A model generated the notes under the pieces. It made no database searches. It saw only the letters and a program-made list of their open reading frames with translations, and was not told where the DNA came from. A stretch of DNA of 64,000 nt from an uncultured bacterium (lineage in GTDB: Bacteria; Margulisbacteria; WOR-1; JAKLHX01), in the NCBI GenBank assembly GCA_964633925.1, contig CAZWKB010000003.1, positions 4,598 through 68,597 of the forward strand, read 5' to 3'. Both the position numbers and the translations under genes were made by a program. Within the stretch, counting starts at the first letter, position 1; each line of letters begins with the position of its first letter. Shown in pieces: positions 51,971 through 60,406 of this stretch.

Positions 51971-52745
51971 TTTGGCAATAGTTCATTTAATAATTAGCGG
52001 CGACAATCATTATGACTTAAAGACTGAAGGTATTGACAGAAATGCAGATATATTTAAAGCAAAACAGCAGTCAATAGACTATGCAATAGATTTAAAGCGA
52101 AATGGAAACGAAGTATATTATTTAGAACCAGGCGATATATTTCATGGGGTAAGACCTCGCGCTGAATCTATTGCTTTTGCAATATCGCAATATCGCCATT
52201 TAGATGTTATGAAAATCCCGACATTTGTTATTGCCGGCAACCACGATGTTATTGACGAACGAGGTAAATCGTCGGCGCTAGAGCCTATTAGAGCTGCTGA
52301 TTTCGATTGCCTTAATATTTACCATGATGTTGTTAATCGCGAAATTAGACGGGGTCTAAATTTAATTACATTGCCTCATATATCAAAATCTATGGCAGCG
52401 GCTGAAGGTTATAAAACTGCACAAGAGTTTATTAATCATAAGTCTGAATTGCTTGAAGAAGATTTGGATGAAAATGAATGCAATATAGTTATGGGACATA
52501 TGGATATTTCTGGTGCCAAGGTTGGTTCTGAAGAAATAATGATAAAAGGTGCTCATGAAGACTTCCCTGATGTTTTAAAGAAAAGCAAGAAAATAAGCTA
52601 TATTTTTAACGGTCATTATCATAAGCCTCAGATTATACCAAATCTTGCAGGTGCTCCGATTATAATAACAGGGAGCGTATCTATAAACGATTTTGGAGAA
52701 AGAACTGAGACTAAATCATTCTTTCACTTAGAGGTAGAAATATGA
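51963..52745 (+). CDS. sbcD: SbcD/Mre11-like metallophosphoesterase nuclease
   Basis: ISGDNH, GDIFH, AGNHD, MGHMD and NGHYH motifs appear in the canonical order. The start is GTG 51963 or TTG 51972. Confidence 0.75.
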   Translation: MSNLAIVHLIISGDNHYDLKTEGIDRNADIFKAKQQSIDYAIDLKRNGNEVYYLEPGDIFHGVRPRAESIAFAISQYRHLDVMKIPTFVIAGNHDVIDERGKSSALEPIRAADFDCLNIYHDVVNREIRRGLNLITLPHISKSMAAAEGYKTAQEFINHKSELLEEDLDENECNIVMGHMDISGAKVGSEEIMIKGAHEDFPDVLKKSKKISYIFNGHYHKPQIIPNLAGAPIIITGSVSINDFGERTETKSFFHLEVEI

Positions 52746-52933
52746 GCGAAATAAAAATAGGCGACAATGTAAAGATAATATTTAAAGATAAGAAAAGAAG
52801 AGACAAGGTGTATTATGGTATAGTTCTAAATTTTGTTTTAAATGATTATTTTATAGATTGTGAGGGATATGTTGGACTTTATAGCAGAAAATCTCGCCAC
52901 TATAAAGTAGAAAGGAATGAATATAATGGCTGA
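52742..52933 (+). CDS. Small hypothetical protein
   Basis: The start overlaps the previous stop (ATATGA). 63 aa. Confidence 0.4.
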   Translation: MSEIKIGDNVKIIFKDKKRRDKVYYGIVLNFVLNDYFIDCEGYVGLYSRKSRHYKVERNEYNG

Positions 52934-53399
52934 AAAACCGATTAAAAAGGTTAAGAAGGTTATTGCTAAACAACAAAAAGTTAAAGAGCTTTTAGATGTT
53001 TCTTCAATACCAGGGTTGAAGGCAATACCTATTGAAACAAGGAAGTTTACTCAATATGATTTTGACTTTACATACCCAGGTTGCAGAGTTGAAATACCTA
53101 AAATAGACATTGATGAAATAAAAGATGCTATTGTCAAAGTTAATATAAAAGTAAATCAAGACGATGCATTTAAGATTAATGTAAAAGAATTGTTTGAATT
53201 TTTAAGTCAGCATGCATATGTGGTTAAACCTATAGTTCCGTCAGTTCTTAAAAAGCGCAGAGCAAGAATTAAAAAGCTAACTGCAGACATATCACCACTT
53301 AGGGCCGTAGAGGTTTGGCTTTTAGAAAAGAAACATAAGGATGCTGACGAAGTTCAAAAAATTGCAGAAAATATAATTAGAAAGGTAGGTGCAATCTGA
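52917..53399 (+). CDS. Hypothetical protein
   Basis: ATG 52917 or ATG 52926. Basic N-terminus. Confidence 0.4.
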   Translation: MNIMAEKPIKKVKKVIAKQQKVKELLDVSSIPGLKAIPIETRKFTQYDFDFTYPGCRVEIPKIDIDEIKDAIVKVNIKVNQDDAFKINVKELFEFLSQHAYVVKPIVPSVLKKRRARIKKLTADISPLRAVEVWLLEKKHKDADEVQKIAENIIRKVGAI

Positions 53400-55561
53400 T
53401 GGACTTAAGAAGAATTGGATGTCAATATTTCCTTCATTTTGGAGATTGGAGTGAAATAACATTCGGCGAAGAACAGAAAATTATAAGCATTGTCGGTGAA
53501 TGGGCAAATGAACCAAAACGCTCCAATCGTTCCGGTAAATCTTCTTTTGTAGAAATTATATCGTATGTATTGTACGGTAAGACCCGTGCTAAAAAGGAAA
53601 TATTTCTAATCAATAAAAACTATCCAGAAGAGGATATGATTTGTGAATTAGAATTTGATGACGGTATGATTATAAGGAGAGGCAGAACAAGCGATAATCA
53701 GATTATTCTTGAAATGACAGGGCATGAAGGCGCCGATAAAAAAGTTGTTCAGGAAGAGATTGATAATTATATTGGCTTAAGTTATGAAGACTTTATAATG
53801 ACTTCGTTTTTCTTGCAAGGCGATATTCATACTTTTATGGATGCAGGACCTACTGGTCAAAGCCAAATTATCAGGCGCTGGCTTGAAAAAGGATATTGGA
53901 AACAGTTTGAGGAAGAGGCTAAAAACAGGGCTTCAGAAATTCAGTCTCAAATCGATAAGTTGCAATTGGTGGTAGACGATAATCCAGACCCTGATAGAGA
54001 TAATCAAATTCGCGAACGTATTAACATATTAAATAACCAAAAAAACCAAATAGAGACGCAATTAGAGGCCCTTAATAAGGCTCTGGAAGGTTTTAATAAC
54101 CAATTAAAAAAGGCCGGCGAAAAGGCTGATGTTTCTAAATCTATTAAACAGATTAAACAAGCAATTCAGCAGGCTGAAGAGGATATTGTAGATTATGAAT
54201 CTGATATTAAAGAGTTTGATGAAAAGAAAGTTGTAGCAATTGAAACTGAAAAAAAGATAAAACAGCATAAGAGTGATGAAGACTATAATAAAGCAATTGC
54301 TACTTTAAAAGAAAAGATTTTAGAATTAAAAAAATCTTTTAAAACTACACAATCTAAACTATCAGACCTTAAGGCAGAATTTAATAGGCTTAAGAAGCAG
54401 TTTGAGTCACTAAAGGAATTCGATGCAATTTGCCCTGTTACAGGAAATGAATGCACATCACTGGAAACAATTGAGACTTCAAAAGCTGATTTAAGAAAAG
54501 AAGGTACGATAAAGCAGAAAGAGATAACTGAATTAGATGCAGAATTAAAAGTTATTTCTGATAAGATTGAATCGTTGGAAGAAGAAAGTGCTGTACATGT
54601 TGAAAATTTAAACGAACTCAAAAGACTTAAAAAGGAACAAACTGTATCTGAAATTGATGAAAAAATAAAATCTCTTAATGAAAAAATAAAGTCTAAAAAA
54701 TCTTTATTAATAGAACAAAAGGCATTATTAAAACAGAAAGAGAAACAATTAGAGTCTCTTGAGTCAATCGATACTGACGATTTGCAGGCGCAAAAAAATG
54801 CAACAAATGCGCAAATAGCTGATAATAAAAAAATTCTTAGTGATATAATAAATAATGTGGCACTACAACAAGCAGAGCTGCAACAAATAAAGCAAAAGAG
54901 ACAGAAAGCTGCTGAGGCAGCAAAACAAATAGAAGGTTTAACTAAAAAGCATAGTTTACATAAATATGTTGCTTATATGTTTGGAAAAAACGGTATACCT
55001 TCTAACCAGATTGAATCTGCATTTGGCGAAATTGAGGAAGAAGCTAATTTAATATTAGAGAGTATCGGTTCTGATATTTCAATAGAATTTACTCCAGATA
55101 GGGAATTAGATTCTTGGGAACCAAATTGTTTGGTATGTGGTATTCCATTTCCTAAGAATTATAGAAAAACTGAATGTCCTGAATGCGGAAATGAAAGGCA
55201 AAAGAAAAAGAAGGACGAATTAAATATCATTATCACTACCGGAGGAAACGAAATAGATTTTAATCTTGAGTCTGGTGGCGGGAAGGTACTTATTTCATTG
55301 GCAATACGGTTGGCATTTGTAAGATTATTACAGAGAAGAATCGGAGTAAATCTAAAACTAATAGTATTTGATGAAATTTTTGGGATGTTGGATGAAGTCA
55401 ATAGGCAATATGTTTTTAAATTACTTGCAAAAACATTAATAGATGATTTTGACTTTAGCCAGATATTTGCTATATCACATGAGCCAGAGATAAGGGATTC
55501 GCTACCGAATGTCATTAAAGTAACAAAGCATAATAAATATTCTACATTCGGGTGGGATTAA
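53399..55561 (+). CDS. sbcC: SbcC/Rad50-like SMC ATPase
   Basis: Walker A NRSGKSS, a long coiled coil with the CPVTGNEC zinc hook, signature SGGGK and Walker B LIVFDE. An additional CLVCG...CPECG ribbon is present. Confidence 0.8.
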   Translation: MDLRRIGCQYFLHFGDWSEITFGEEQKIISIVGEWANEPKRSNRSGKSSFVEIISYVLYGKTRAKKEIFLINKNYPEEDMICELEFDDGMIIRRGRTSDNQIILEMTGHEGADKKVVQEEIDNYIGLSYEDFIMTSFFLQGDIHTFMDAGPTGQSQIIRRWLEKGYWKQFEEEAKNRASEIQSQIDKLQLVVDDNPDPDRDNQIRERINILNNQKNQIETQLEALNKALEGFNNQLKKAGEKADVSKSIKQIKQAIQQAEEDIVDYESDIKEFDEKKVVAIETEKKIKQHKSDEDYNKAIATLKEKILELKKSFKTTQSKLSDLKAEFNRLKKQFESLKEFDAICPVTGNECTSLETIETSKADLRKEGTIKQKEITELDAELKVISDKIESLEEESAVHVENLNELKRLKKEQTVSEIDEKIKSLNEKIKSKKSLLIEQKALLKQKEKQLESLESIDTDDLQAQKNATNAQIADNKKILSDIINNVALQQAELQQIKQKRQKAAEAAKQIEGLTKKHSLHKYVAYMFGKNGIPSNQIESAFGEIEEEANLILESIGSDISIEFTPDRELDSWEPNCLVCGIPFPKNYRKTECPECGNERQKKKKDELNIIITTGGNEIDFNLESGGGKVLISLAIRLAFVRLLQRRIGVNLKLIVFDEIFGMLDEVNRQYVFKLLAKTLIDDFDFSQIFAISHEPEIRDSLPNVIKVTKHNKYSTFGWD

Positions 55562-55565
55562 GATG
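55532..55565 (+). repeat. 34-bp perfect direct repeat, copy 1 (sbcC 3' end + stop + next ATG)
   Basis: AATAAATATTCTACATTCGGGTGGGATTAAGATG is identical to 55798-55831. Confidence 0.95.
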
Positions 55566-55802
55566 AAGTATAATTATTCTATAGTCGTACATGACGATAA
55601 AAGAAATTGTTTAGTTAAAACTTGTTCTGAATGTTGTAAGACAGAAATAGACGGTAAGTTTAATATTAGAGGTATGCTTCATAGACAGCAATATAGGGCT
55701 AAATGGGGCGGGTTAGATTGTAGCAATTGCCCAGTTCATTTAAAGTCTAGGGAGACTGGAGAATTTGATGAAATATGTAGATTAATGGATGGAGAAAAAT
55801 AA
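55563..55802 (+). CDS. Small Cys-rich protein bracketed by the 34-bp direct repeats
   Basis: 79 aa carrying CSECC...CSNCP. Confidence 0.5.
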   Translation: MKYNYSIVVHDDKRNCLVKTCSECCKTEIDGKFNIRGMLHRQQYRAKWGGLDCSNCPVHLKSRETGEFDEICRLMDGEK

Positions 55803-55831
55803 ATATTCTACATTCGGGTGGGATTAAGATG
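55798..55831 (+). repeat. 34-bp perfect direct repeat, copy 2
   Basis: Identical to 55532-55565. Provides the RBS and ATG of the DUF2493 gene. Confidence 0.95.
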
Positions 55832-56188
55832 TTTAAAGTTATAGTTGCAGGTTGTAGAGATTTTTCAGATTATGAAGGATTAGAAAAATATTTAGATTAT
55901 GTTTTTAAAGATATAGACAAATCTGAATTAGAAATTGTTTGCGGTTGTGCAAGAGGCGCAGATAAATTGGGTTCTAAATATGCTGAAAATCGCGGAATAA
56001 AAGTTTCTATGTTTCCGGCTGACTGGGATAATTACGGAAAGTCTGCTGGATATAGAAGGAACGCAGAAATGGCTAATTATTCAGATGCTTTAGTAGCTTT
56101 TTGGGATGGAAAATCTAAAGGGACTAAACATATGATTGATTTAGCAAAAACTAAGAAATTAAAGATTAGGATAAAATATTTTAAGTAG
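55829..56188 (+). CDS. DUF2493 / SLOG-family (YspA-like) protein
   Basis: IVAGCRDFSDY...IVCGCARGADKLGSKYA...FPADWDNYGKSAGYRRNAEMA...AFWDGKSKGTKHMI. Confidence 0.7.
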   Translation: MFKVIVAGCRDFSDYEGLEKYLDYVFKDIDKSELEIVCGCARGADKLGSKYAENRGIKVSMFPADWDNYGKSAGYRRNAEMANYSDALVAFWDGKSKGTKHMIDLAKTKKLKIRIKYFK

Positions 56189-56201
56189 GGGGTGATGCCA
56201 A

Positions 56202-56864
56202 GTGCAAAAAGTATTAAAGAAGGTTAGTGCAATTGAAAAAGTCTCACCAGAATCGGCTATTATATTAGGTATAGACCCTAGTTTAAATGGTACTGCATTC
56301 GTCAAAATGCAAAACTTCAAAGTACTAGATTTTTGGTTTTTTACAGGAGTTATTAAGAATAGTAAAAACGAACATGCAATATTAAATAGGGACACAGAAA
56401 CAAAGCGCCTTAATAATATTTTCGAATTCTTAATCAATCTGACTAAAAAACATAAATTTGACTATGCAGCAGTTGAAGACTATGCTTTTGGAGCAAAATC
56501 AAATTCGGTATTTCAGATAGGTGGAGTTGGCGAAATGGTAAGACTTCAACTTTACCGTTCCGGAATACCGTTTAGAGATTATGAACCATCTAAGGTAAAG
56601 AAATTTGCAACAGGCAGCGGTTCGGCAGAAAAATCTGAAATGGTTCTGGCTGCATATAAGACTGGTTTCGATGTTGGTCAGTTTGGTAAGAACGGTGAAG
56701 ACTTAGCAGATGCTTTTTGGATAGGGTCAATGCTTACCAGTGAGCTCTTTTTACATAAGAATAAAGACTATATTGGTAGTTTAAATAAAAAACAATTAGA
56801 GACTTTTAATGAAATTACGAAGGCTTATCCAATTCCTCTTTTGAATCGACCATTTTACAAATAA
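56202..56864 (+). CDS. ruvC: RuvC-like Holliday junction resolvase
   Basis: ILGIDPSLNGTAF (catalytic Asp), AVEDYAF and EDLADAFWIG. GTG start follows AGGGGGTGA. Confidence 0.65.
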   Translation: MQKVLKKVSAIEKVSPESAIILGIDPSLNGTAFVKMQNFKVLDFWFFTGVIKNSKNEHAILNRDTETKRLNNIFEFLINLTKKHKFDYAAVEDYAFGAKSNSVFQIGGVGEMVRLQLYRSGIPFRDYEPSKVKKFATGSGSAEKSEMVLAAYKTGFDVGQFGKNGEDLADAFWIGSMLTSELFLHKNKDYIGSLNKKQLETFNEITKAYPIPLLNRPFYK

Positions 56865-56880
56865 TTAGGAGGTGATGATT

Positions 56881-57390
56881 GTGTCTAAAAAATGGTATGT
56901 TGGCTATTTTTATAAAGGGTATCTTAATCAATTGATTAATTCGTTTCATAAACACGAAGAATTTGCAGATGTTAAGATGTGGTATCCGATGCTTTCTAAA
57001 GTAGTAGTAAAAGATGGAAAAAAAGAAATCATCACCTATCCTATGTTTGAAAATTATGTATTATTCGAATTTGAAGAAGATTCTCTAATATGGAAAGAAA
57101 TTTTAAGGTCTACTCCAGTTATCTCGTTTTTAAAAGAAGGTTCTAGACCTGTGGCAATAAAAGATTATGAAGTTGAGCATATAAAAAATCTTGAAGATAA
57201 GCAAAGCGTTGTAGATTATAGTTCTTTAATAAATAAGAGAGTTATGATTATTGGTGGACCTTTTGCAAATTTTGTTGGTACATGCAAATCTATTATCAAA
57301 AACAAATATAAGGCTAGAGTTTATGTAGAAATGTTCGGAGTTGTCGAAAGGTCTTTGGAAATAAACCTTGAACATTTAAAGCCGTTATAG
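56881..57390 (+). CDS. NusG/RfaH/LoaP-like transcription elongation factor (NGN + KOW)
   Basis: SKKWYVGYF...YPMFENYVLFEF is NGN-like. KRVMIIGGPFANFVGTCKSI is a KOW motif. GTG 56881 lies 8 nt after AGGAGG; the ORF-track start is 56872. Confidence 0.6.
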   Translation: MSKKWYVGYFYKGYLNQLINSFHKHEEFADVKMWYPMLSKVVVKDGKKEIITYPMFENYVLFEFEEDSLIWKEILRSTPVISFLKEGSRPVAIKDYEVEHIKNLEDKQSVVDYSSLINKRVMIIGGPFANFVGTCKSIIKNKYKARVYVEMFGVVERSLEINLEHLKPL

Positions 57391-57400
57391 GTGGTGCAAA

Positions 57401-57622
57401 ATGATTAAGTATATTGTATATCCCGGTAGTATGATGAGTAAAAACGACAACCAAATACATCATATAAGTGCTCATCAACTTATATGTCTTTATGGAGTTA
57501 AACGTGAAGAATGCATTATTGCAAGTTCCACAGACAGAATACAAAAAATGGACTCTTCACATTTAACTCCATTATATCCTCGTTATGATGGGAACTATAA
57601 ATTAGATAAGGAAGGTGTTTAA
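57401..57622 (+). CDS. Small hypothetical protein
   Basis: 73 aa, preceded by GGTGGTG. No motif recognised. Confidence 0.4.
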   Translation: MIKYIVYPGSMMSKNDNQIHHISAHQLICLYGVKREECIIASSTDRIQKMDSSHLTPLYPRYDGNYKLDKEGV

Positions 57623-57626
57623 TTTG

Positions 57627-58232
57627 ATGGAAATTATTGCATTCGAGGGAATTGACAAATGTGGTAAAGCTACTCAGACAAATGTTTTAGTAGAAAAGCT
57701 TAGAAAAGCTGGTAAGAATGTAGTCAAATCTGAATTTCATAGGTATGATACACCAACTGGCAAGCTCATACAGGAATGGTTATACAAGAAATATGATGTT
57801 GACGACCAAACAATTGAATTTATTATGGCGGCAGACAAACAGGCTCAACAACAATGGTTTAAGCAATTAAATCATGATGGTGTTGACTTTTTAGTTTTGG
57901 ACAGATATATTTTAAGTCAAGAAGTTTATGCTATATCAAAAGGTCTTAATAAAATTTTCGTTCAGATGTTACAGAGCTGTTTAATAAAGCCAGGCGTGGA
58001 AATTCTTATCGATATACCGGCAGATTTGAGCATGAATAGAAAAGGCAAGCATGGCGATAATGATAGATATGAAGAGGATTTTAAGTTCTTAAATTCAGTC
58101 AGAACCAATTATCTAAGCTTATGTTCTCAAAATGGTATCGATAGGTTAAGGACCATAATCGATGGTACTCAGACAATCGATAAAGTCAGCGATGATATTT
58201 GGAACTATGTAAAAAAATTATACAAAATTTAA
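57627..58232 (+). CDS. tmk: Thymidylate (dTMP) kinase
   Basis: IAFEGIDKCGKATQ P-loop, DRY motif (LVLDRYILS) and a lid region. ATG 57627 follows AAGGAAGGTG. Confidence 0.8.
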   Translation: MEIIAFEGIDKCGKATQTNVLVEKLRKAGKNVVKSEFHRYDTPTGKLIQEWLYKKYDVDDQTIEFIMAADKQAQQQWFKQLNHDGVDFLVLDRYILSQEVYAISKGLNKIFVQMLQSCLIKPGVEILIDIPADLSMNRKGKHGDNDRYEEDFKFLNSVRTNYLSLCSQNGIDRLRTIIDGTQTIDKVSDDIWNYVKKLYKI

Positions 58233-58250
58233 AATATTTTTAACAAAAGC

Positions 58251-58279
58251 GTTTACTTTTGGCGTTTTTGTAATATAAT
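58251..58279 (+). promoter_or_regulatory. Promoter (GTTTAC-N17-TATAAT)
   Basis: GCGTTTACTTTTGGCGTTTTTGTAATATAATTATATTAAC. Confidence 0.5.
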
Positions 58280-58298
58280 TATATTAACAACGGTTTAT

Positions 58299-58437
58299 CG
58301 CCTTAAAAATTCCTTGACAATTGCAAAAGGAGTCGCAATCCGCTTAATATGCTATTCTAGGTGGCACGGTTAAAGAACTAACGTTCGAGAGGTTCGAATC
58401 CTCAATATTGAGGCTTTGTCGAGGAATTTTTAAGGTG
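58299..58437 (+). ncRNA. Structured RNA: 22-bp terminal stem enclosing a tRNA-like acceptor/T-arm minihelix (not a canonical tRNA)
   Basis: 58299-58320 pairs with 58416-58437 (22 bp, 2 G-U). Inside, the 7-bp stem TTAATAT (58344-50)/ATATTGA (58405-11) abuts a T-arm that contains GGTTCGAATCC (58391-58401). It lies between the promoter and the HU gene RBS. Confidence 0.45.
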
Positions 58438-58470
58438 TTAAACCGAATAAAAATTAGGAGGTAATTTATT

Positions 58471-58833
58471 ATGGCAGGAATCGGTGATATCGCAAAAGCG
58501 GCAGGCGTAAAATACGAAGCCGTAGCATCAACAATCGAAGGAATCAGACAGCTTTTATTCGCAGGTGAGAAAATCACACTGCAGGACTTCGGTACATTTT
58601 ATATCGACGTTCAGGATAAAAAGACAGCCCGCAAAGTTGCAACAGCTGAGGAAATTAAGGTGCCTGAGAAATCAGTTCCTAAGTTCCGTTTCAACTATAC
58701 TTTCAAAACCAAAATCGCTGAAAGCGTAAAGGTTGACAAGGATAAGTTGAAAAAGAAAAGAGAACGTAAAGCAAAGTACGATGCGAAAATGGCTGAAAAA
58801 GCTGAGGCCGGCACAAAGGCAAAGAAGAAGTAA
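58471..58833 (+). CDS. HU/IHF-family DNA-binding protein with Lys-rich C-terminal tail
   Basis: IAKAAGV...IEGIRQLL..GEKITLQDFGTFYI......KTARKVATAEEIKVPEKSVPKFRF is the HU fold pattern. The KKKRERKAKYDAK tail follows. Confidence 0.7.
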   Translation: MAGIGDIAKAAGVKYEAVASTIEGIRQLLFAGEKITLQDFGTFYIDVQDKKTARKVATAEEIKVPEKSVPKFRFNYTFKTKIAESVKVDKDKLKKKRERKAKYDAKMAEKAEAGTKAKKK

Positions 58834-58853
58834 TTTCGTTTGCCCGCTGCTAA

Positions 58854-58882
58854 AGCCGACCTATAATAGGTCGGCTTTTTTA
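58854..58882 (+). terminator. Rho-independent terminator
   Basis: AGCCGACCT-ATAAT-AGGTCGGCT followed by TTTTT. Confidence 0.85.
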
Positions 58883-58901
58883 TTTAGAAAGAAGGGTTAA
58901 A

Positions 58902-59327
58902 ATGAAATATACTGTAGTTTTTATATTTAGTCAGAATATGTCGCAAGTATTAATGATTGATAAAACTAAGGGTCCATACCCTGGTTGTCTTAATGGAGTT
59001 GGTGGTAAAATAGATGTTACTGACATTACCGAAGAATATGGGGCTTTAAGAGAAGTAGAAGAGGAGACTGGATTAACACAAACAGATATTGAGCCTTTGA
59101 GTTTTCTTACAAGACAGATATTTCCTAACGGTGTTGAACTCAATGTTTATTATACAAAGATTAAACATTTCGCAGTCGCTAAACAAATGGAAGAAGAAGT
59201 AATAGGTTGGTATAATACTAAAGAGTTATTAGATGTAACAAATCCAAGACTTGCGGGTGAAGGCAATATTGCATATTTCTTAAATTATGCTTTAATTCTT
59301 GAAATGCAATATCACGCTTCTAGATAA
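58902..59327 (+). CDS. NUDIX hydrolase
   Basis: GGKIDVTDITEEYGALREVEEETGL matches the Nudix box GX5EX7REUXEEXGU. Confidence 0.8.
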   Translation: MKYTVVFIFSQNMSQVLMIDKTKGPYPGCLNGVGGKIDVTDITEEYGALREVEEETGLTQTDIEPLSFLTRQIFPNGVELNVYYTKIKHFAVAKQMEEEVIGWYNTKELLDVTNPRLAGEGNIAYFLNYALILEMQYHASR

Positions 59328-59384
59328 GTTCTATTTGGTTAAACCTGATAAAACCTATAATAGGTTAAAATAGAAAGCAACTAG

Positions 59385-59426
59385 AACAAACTGCTTGAAT
59401 TATTTTAGGCAGTTTGTTTATTTTTG
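59385..59426 (+). terminator. Rho-independent terminator
   Basis: 10-bp stem AACAAACTGC/GCAGTTTGTT with a 14-nt loop, then TATTTTT. Confidence 0.6.
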
Positions 59427-59491
59427 CGTCTCGTTTAATATTATAATAATAGGTATAAAAATATTAAAACTGAACTGTTAGGGGTGATGGC

Positions 59492-60406
59492 ATGGCGAAA
59501 AAGTATGATGTGGCAATTGTTGATGGGAATAACATGTTTTTTAAGGGCTTTTCGGTTCATAAAGATGCATCTGTAAAAATAGAAGGTAAAGAGGTTTTTA
59601 CAGGTGGAGCTTTTGGACTTATCAATACATTGCTAACAATTCGTAAAATGTATTTGAAAGAAGATTCAACTATTTTAGTAGCCTGGGATAGAGGTTATGT
59701 AAGAAGGTCACTTATCTATCCGGAATATAAAGCTAATAGAAACAAAGAAGAATGGGACGAATATGAGAATTTCAAAACTCAGCTTAAGCAAGCACAATAT
59801 ATTCTAAACATTCTTGGTATTAGGCAGGCTTTCAAACAAGGTGAAGAAGCAGATGATATCTGTGGAACCCTGTCTAAGCTACAAAAGGATGCCGGCAAGG
59901 AGGTTATAGTGGTAAGCGCTGATAAGGATTACCAGCAGCTTCTAGATGACTCTGTCGACCTTTTAGCACATAAAGGTGCCAATAATATAAAGCTTTGGAA
60001 TACACAATCATGGGCTGAAAATAGAGGATATCATCCAAAGTATTTTTCATATTTCTTGGCATTAAACGGAGATGCTGGCGACAATATCCCAGGAATACTT
60101 GGTATTGGAGAAAAAACTGCAGATAAGTTCATTATAGAAAATTTTGAACTTATAGATGCTATGATTCATGGAAGACCTTACGATGCTTTCATACCGGAAA
60201 AGAAGAGTGCAGCTTTGACAAAATTGCTTGCTGGTGTTTCTAATTTACAATTATCATACAAGCTTGCATTAATAGACAAAGATATAAAGGGAATTAAAAT
60301 CCAGAAGCATACTAAAAACATGGAAATGCTTGAAGAGATATTTGAAACATTCAAATTCCATAGTCTTTTAAAGGAGAATAACTGGAAACTATTGGAGGTG
60401 TTATAA
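59492..60406 (+). CDS. 5'-3' exonuclease / flap endonuclease (Pol I N-terminal domain-like)
   Basis: AIVDGNNMFFKGF, VAWDRG...YPEYKANR, GEEADDICG, SADKDYQQL and GDAGDNIPGILGIGEKTA (H3TH). Confidence 0.8.
   Translation: MAKKYDVAIVDGNNMFFKGFSVHKDASVKIEGKEVFTGGAFGLINTLLTIRKMYLKEDSTILVAWDRGYVRRSLIYPEYKANRNKEEWDEYENFKTQLKQAQYILNILGIRQAFKQGEEADDICGTLSKLQKDAGKEVIVVSADKDYQQLLDDSVDLLAHKGANNIKLWNTQSWAENRGYHPKYFSYFLALNGDAGDNIPGILGIGEKTADKFIIENFELIDAMIHGRPYDAFIPEKKSAALTKLLAGVSNLQLSYKLALIDKDIKGIKIQKHTKNMEMLEEIFETFKFHSLLKENNWKLLEVL

Noticed and set aside
58314-58349. TTGACA (58314-58319) as the -35 of a second promoter
   Set aside because: The nearest -10-like hexamer (TAATAT, 58345-58350) is 25 nt away. 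The TTGACA is part of the 22-bp stem.
58344-58412. Canonical tRNA gene suggested by GGTTCGAATCC and a 7-bp acceptor-like stem
   Set aside because: Only 37 nt lie between the acceptor 5' strand and the T-arm. I could not form a D-arm or a 5-bp anticodon stem with a 7-nt loop in any register. Position 1 would be U and the T-stem has an A-A mismatch. It is reported instead as a tRNA-like module within a larger structured RNA.
59433-59459. Family promoter upstream of the FEN gene (CGTTTAAT ... TATAAA)
   Set aside because: The spacer is only 14-15 nt, and the alternative TATAAT (59442) lies 3 nt from the -35-like hexamer. It does not fit the strict N17 architecture of the other 13 copies, though some promoter probably exists here.
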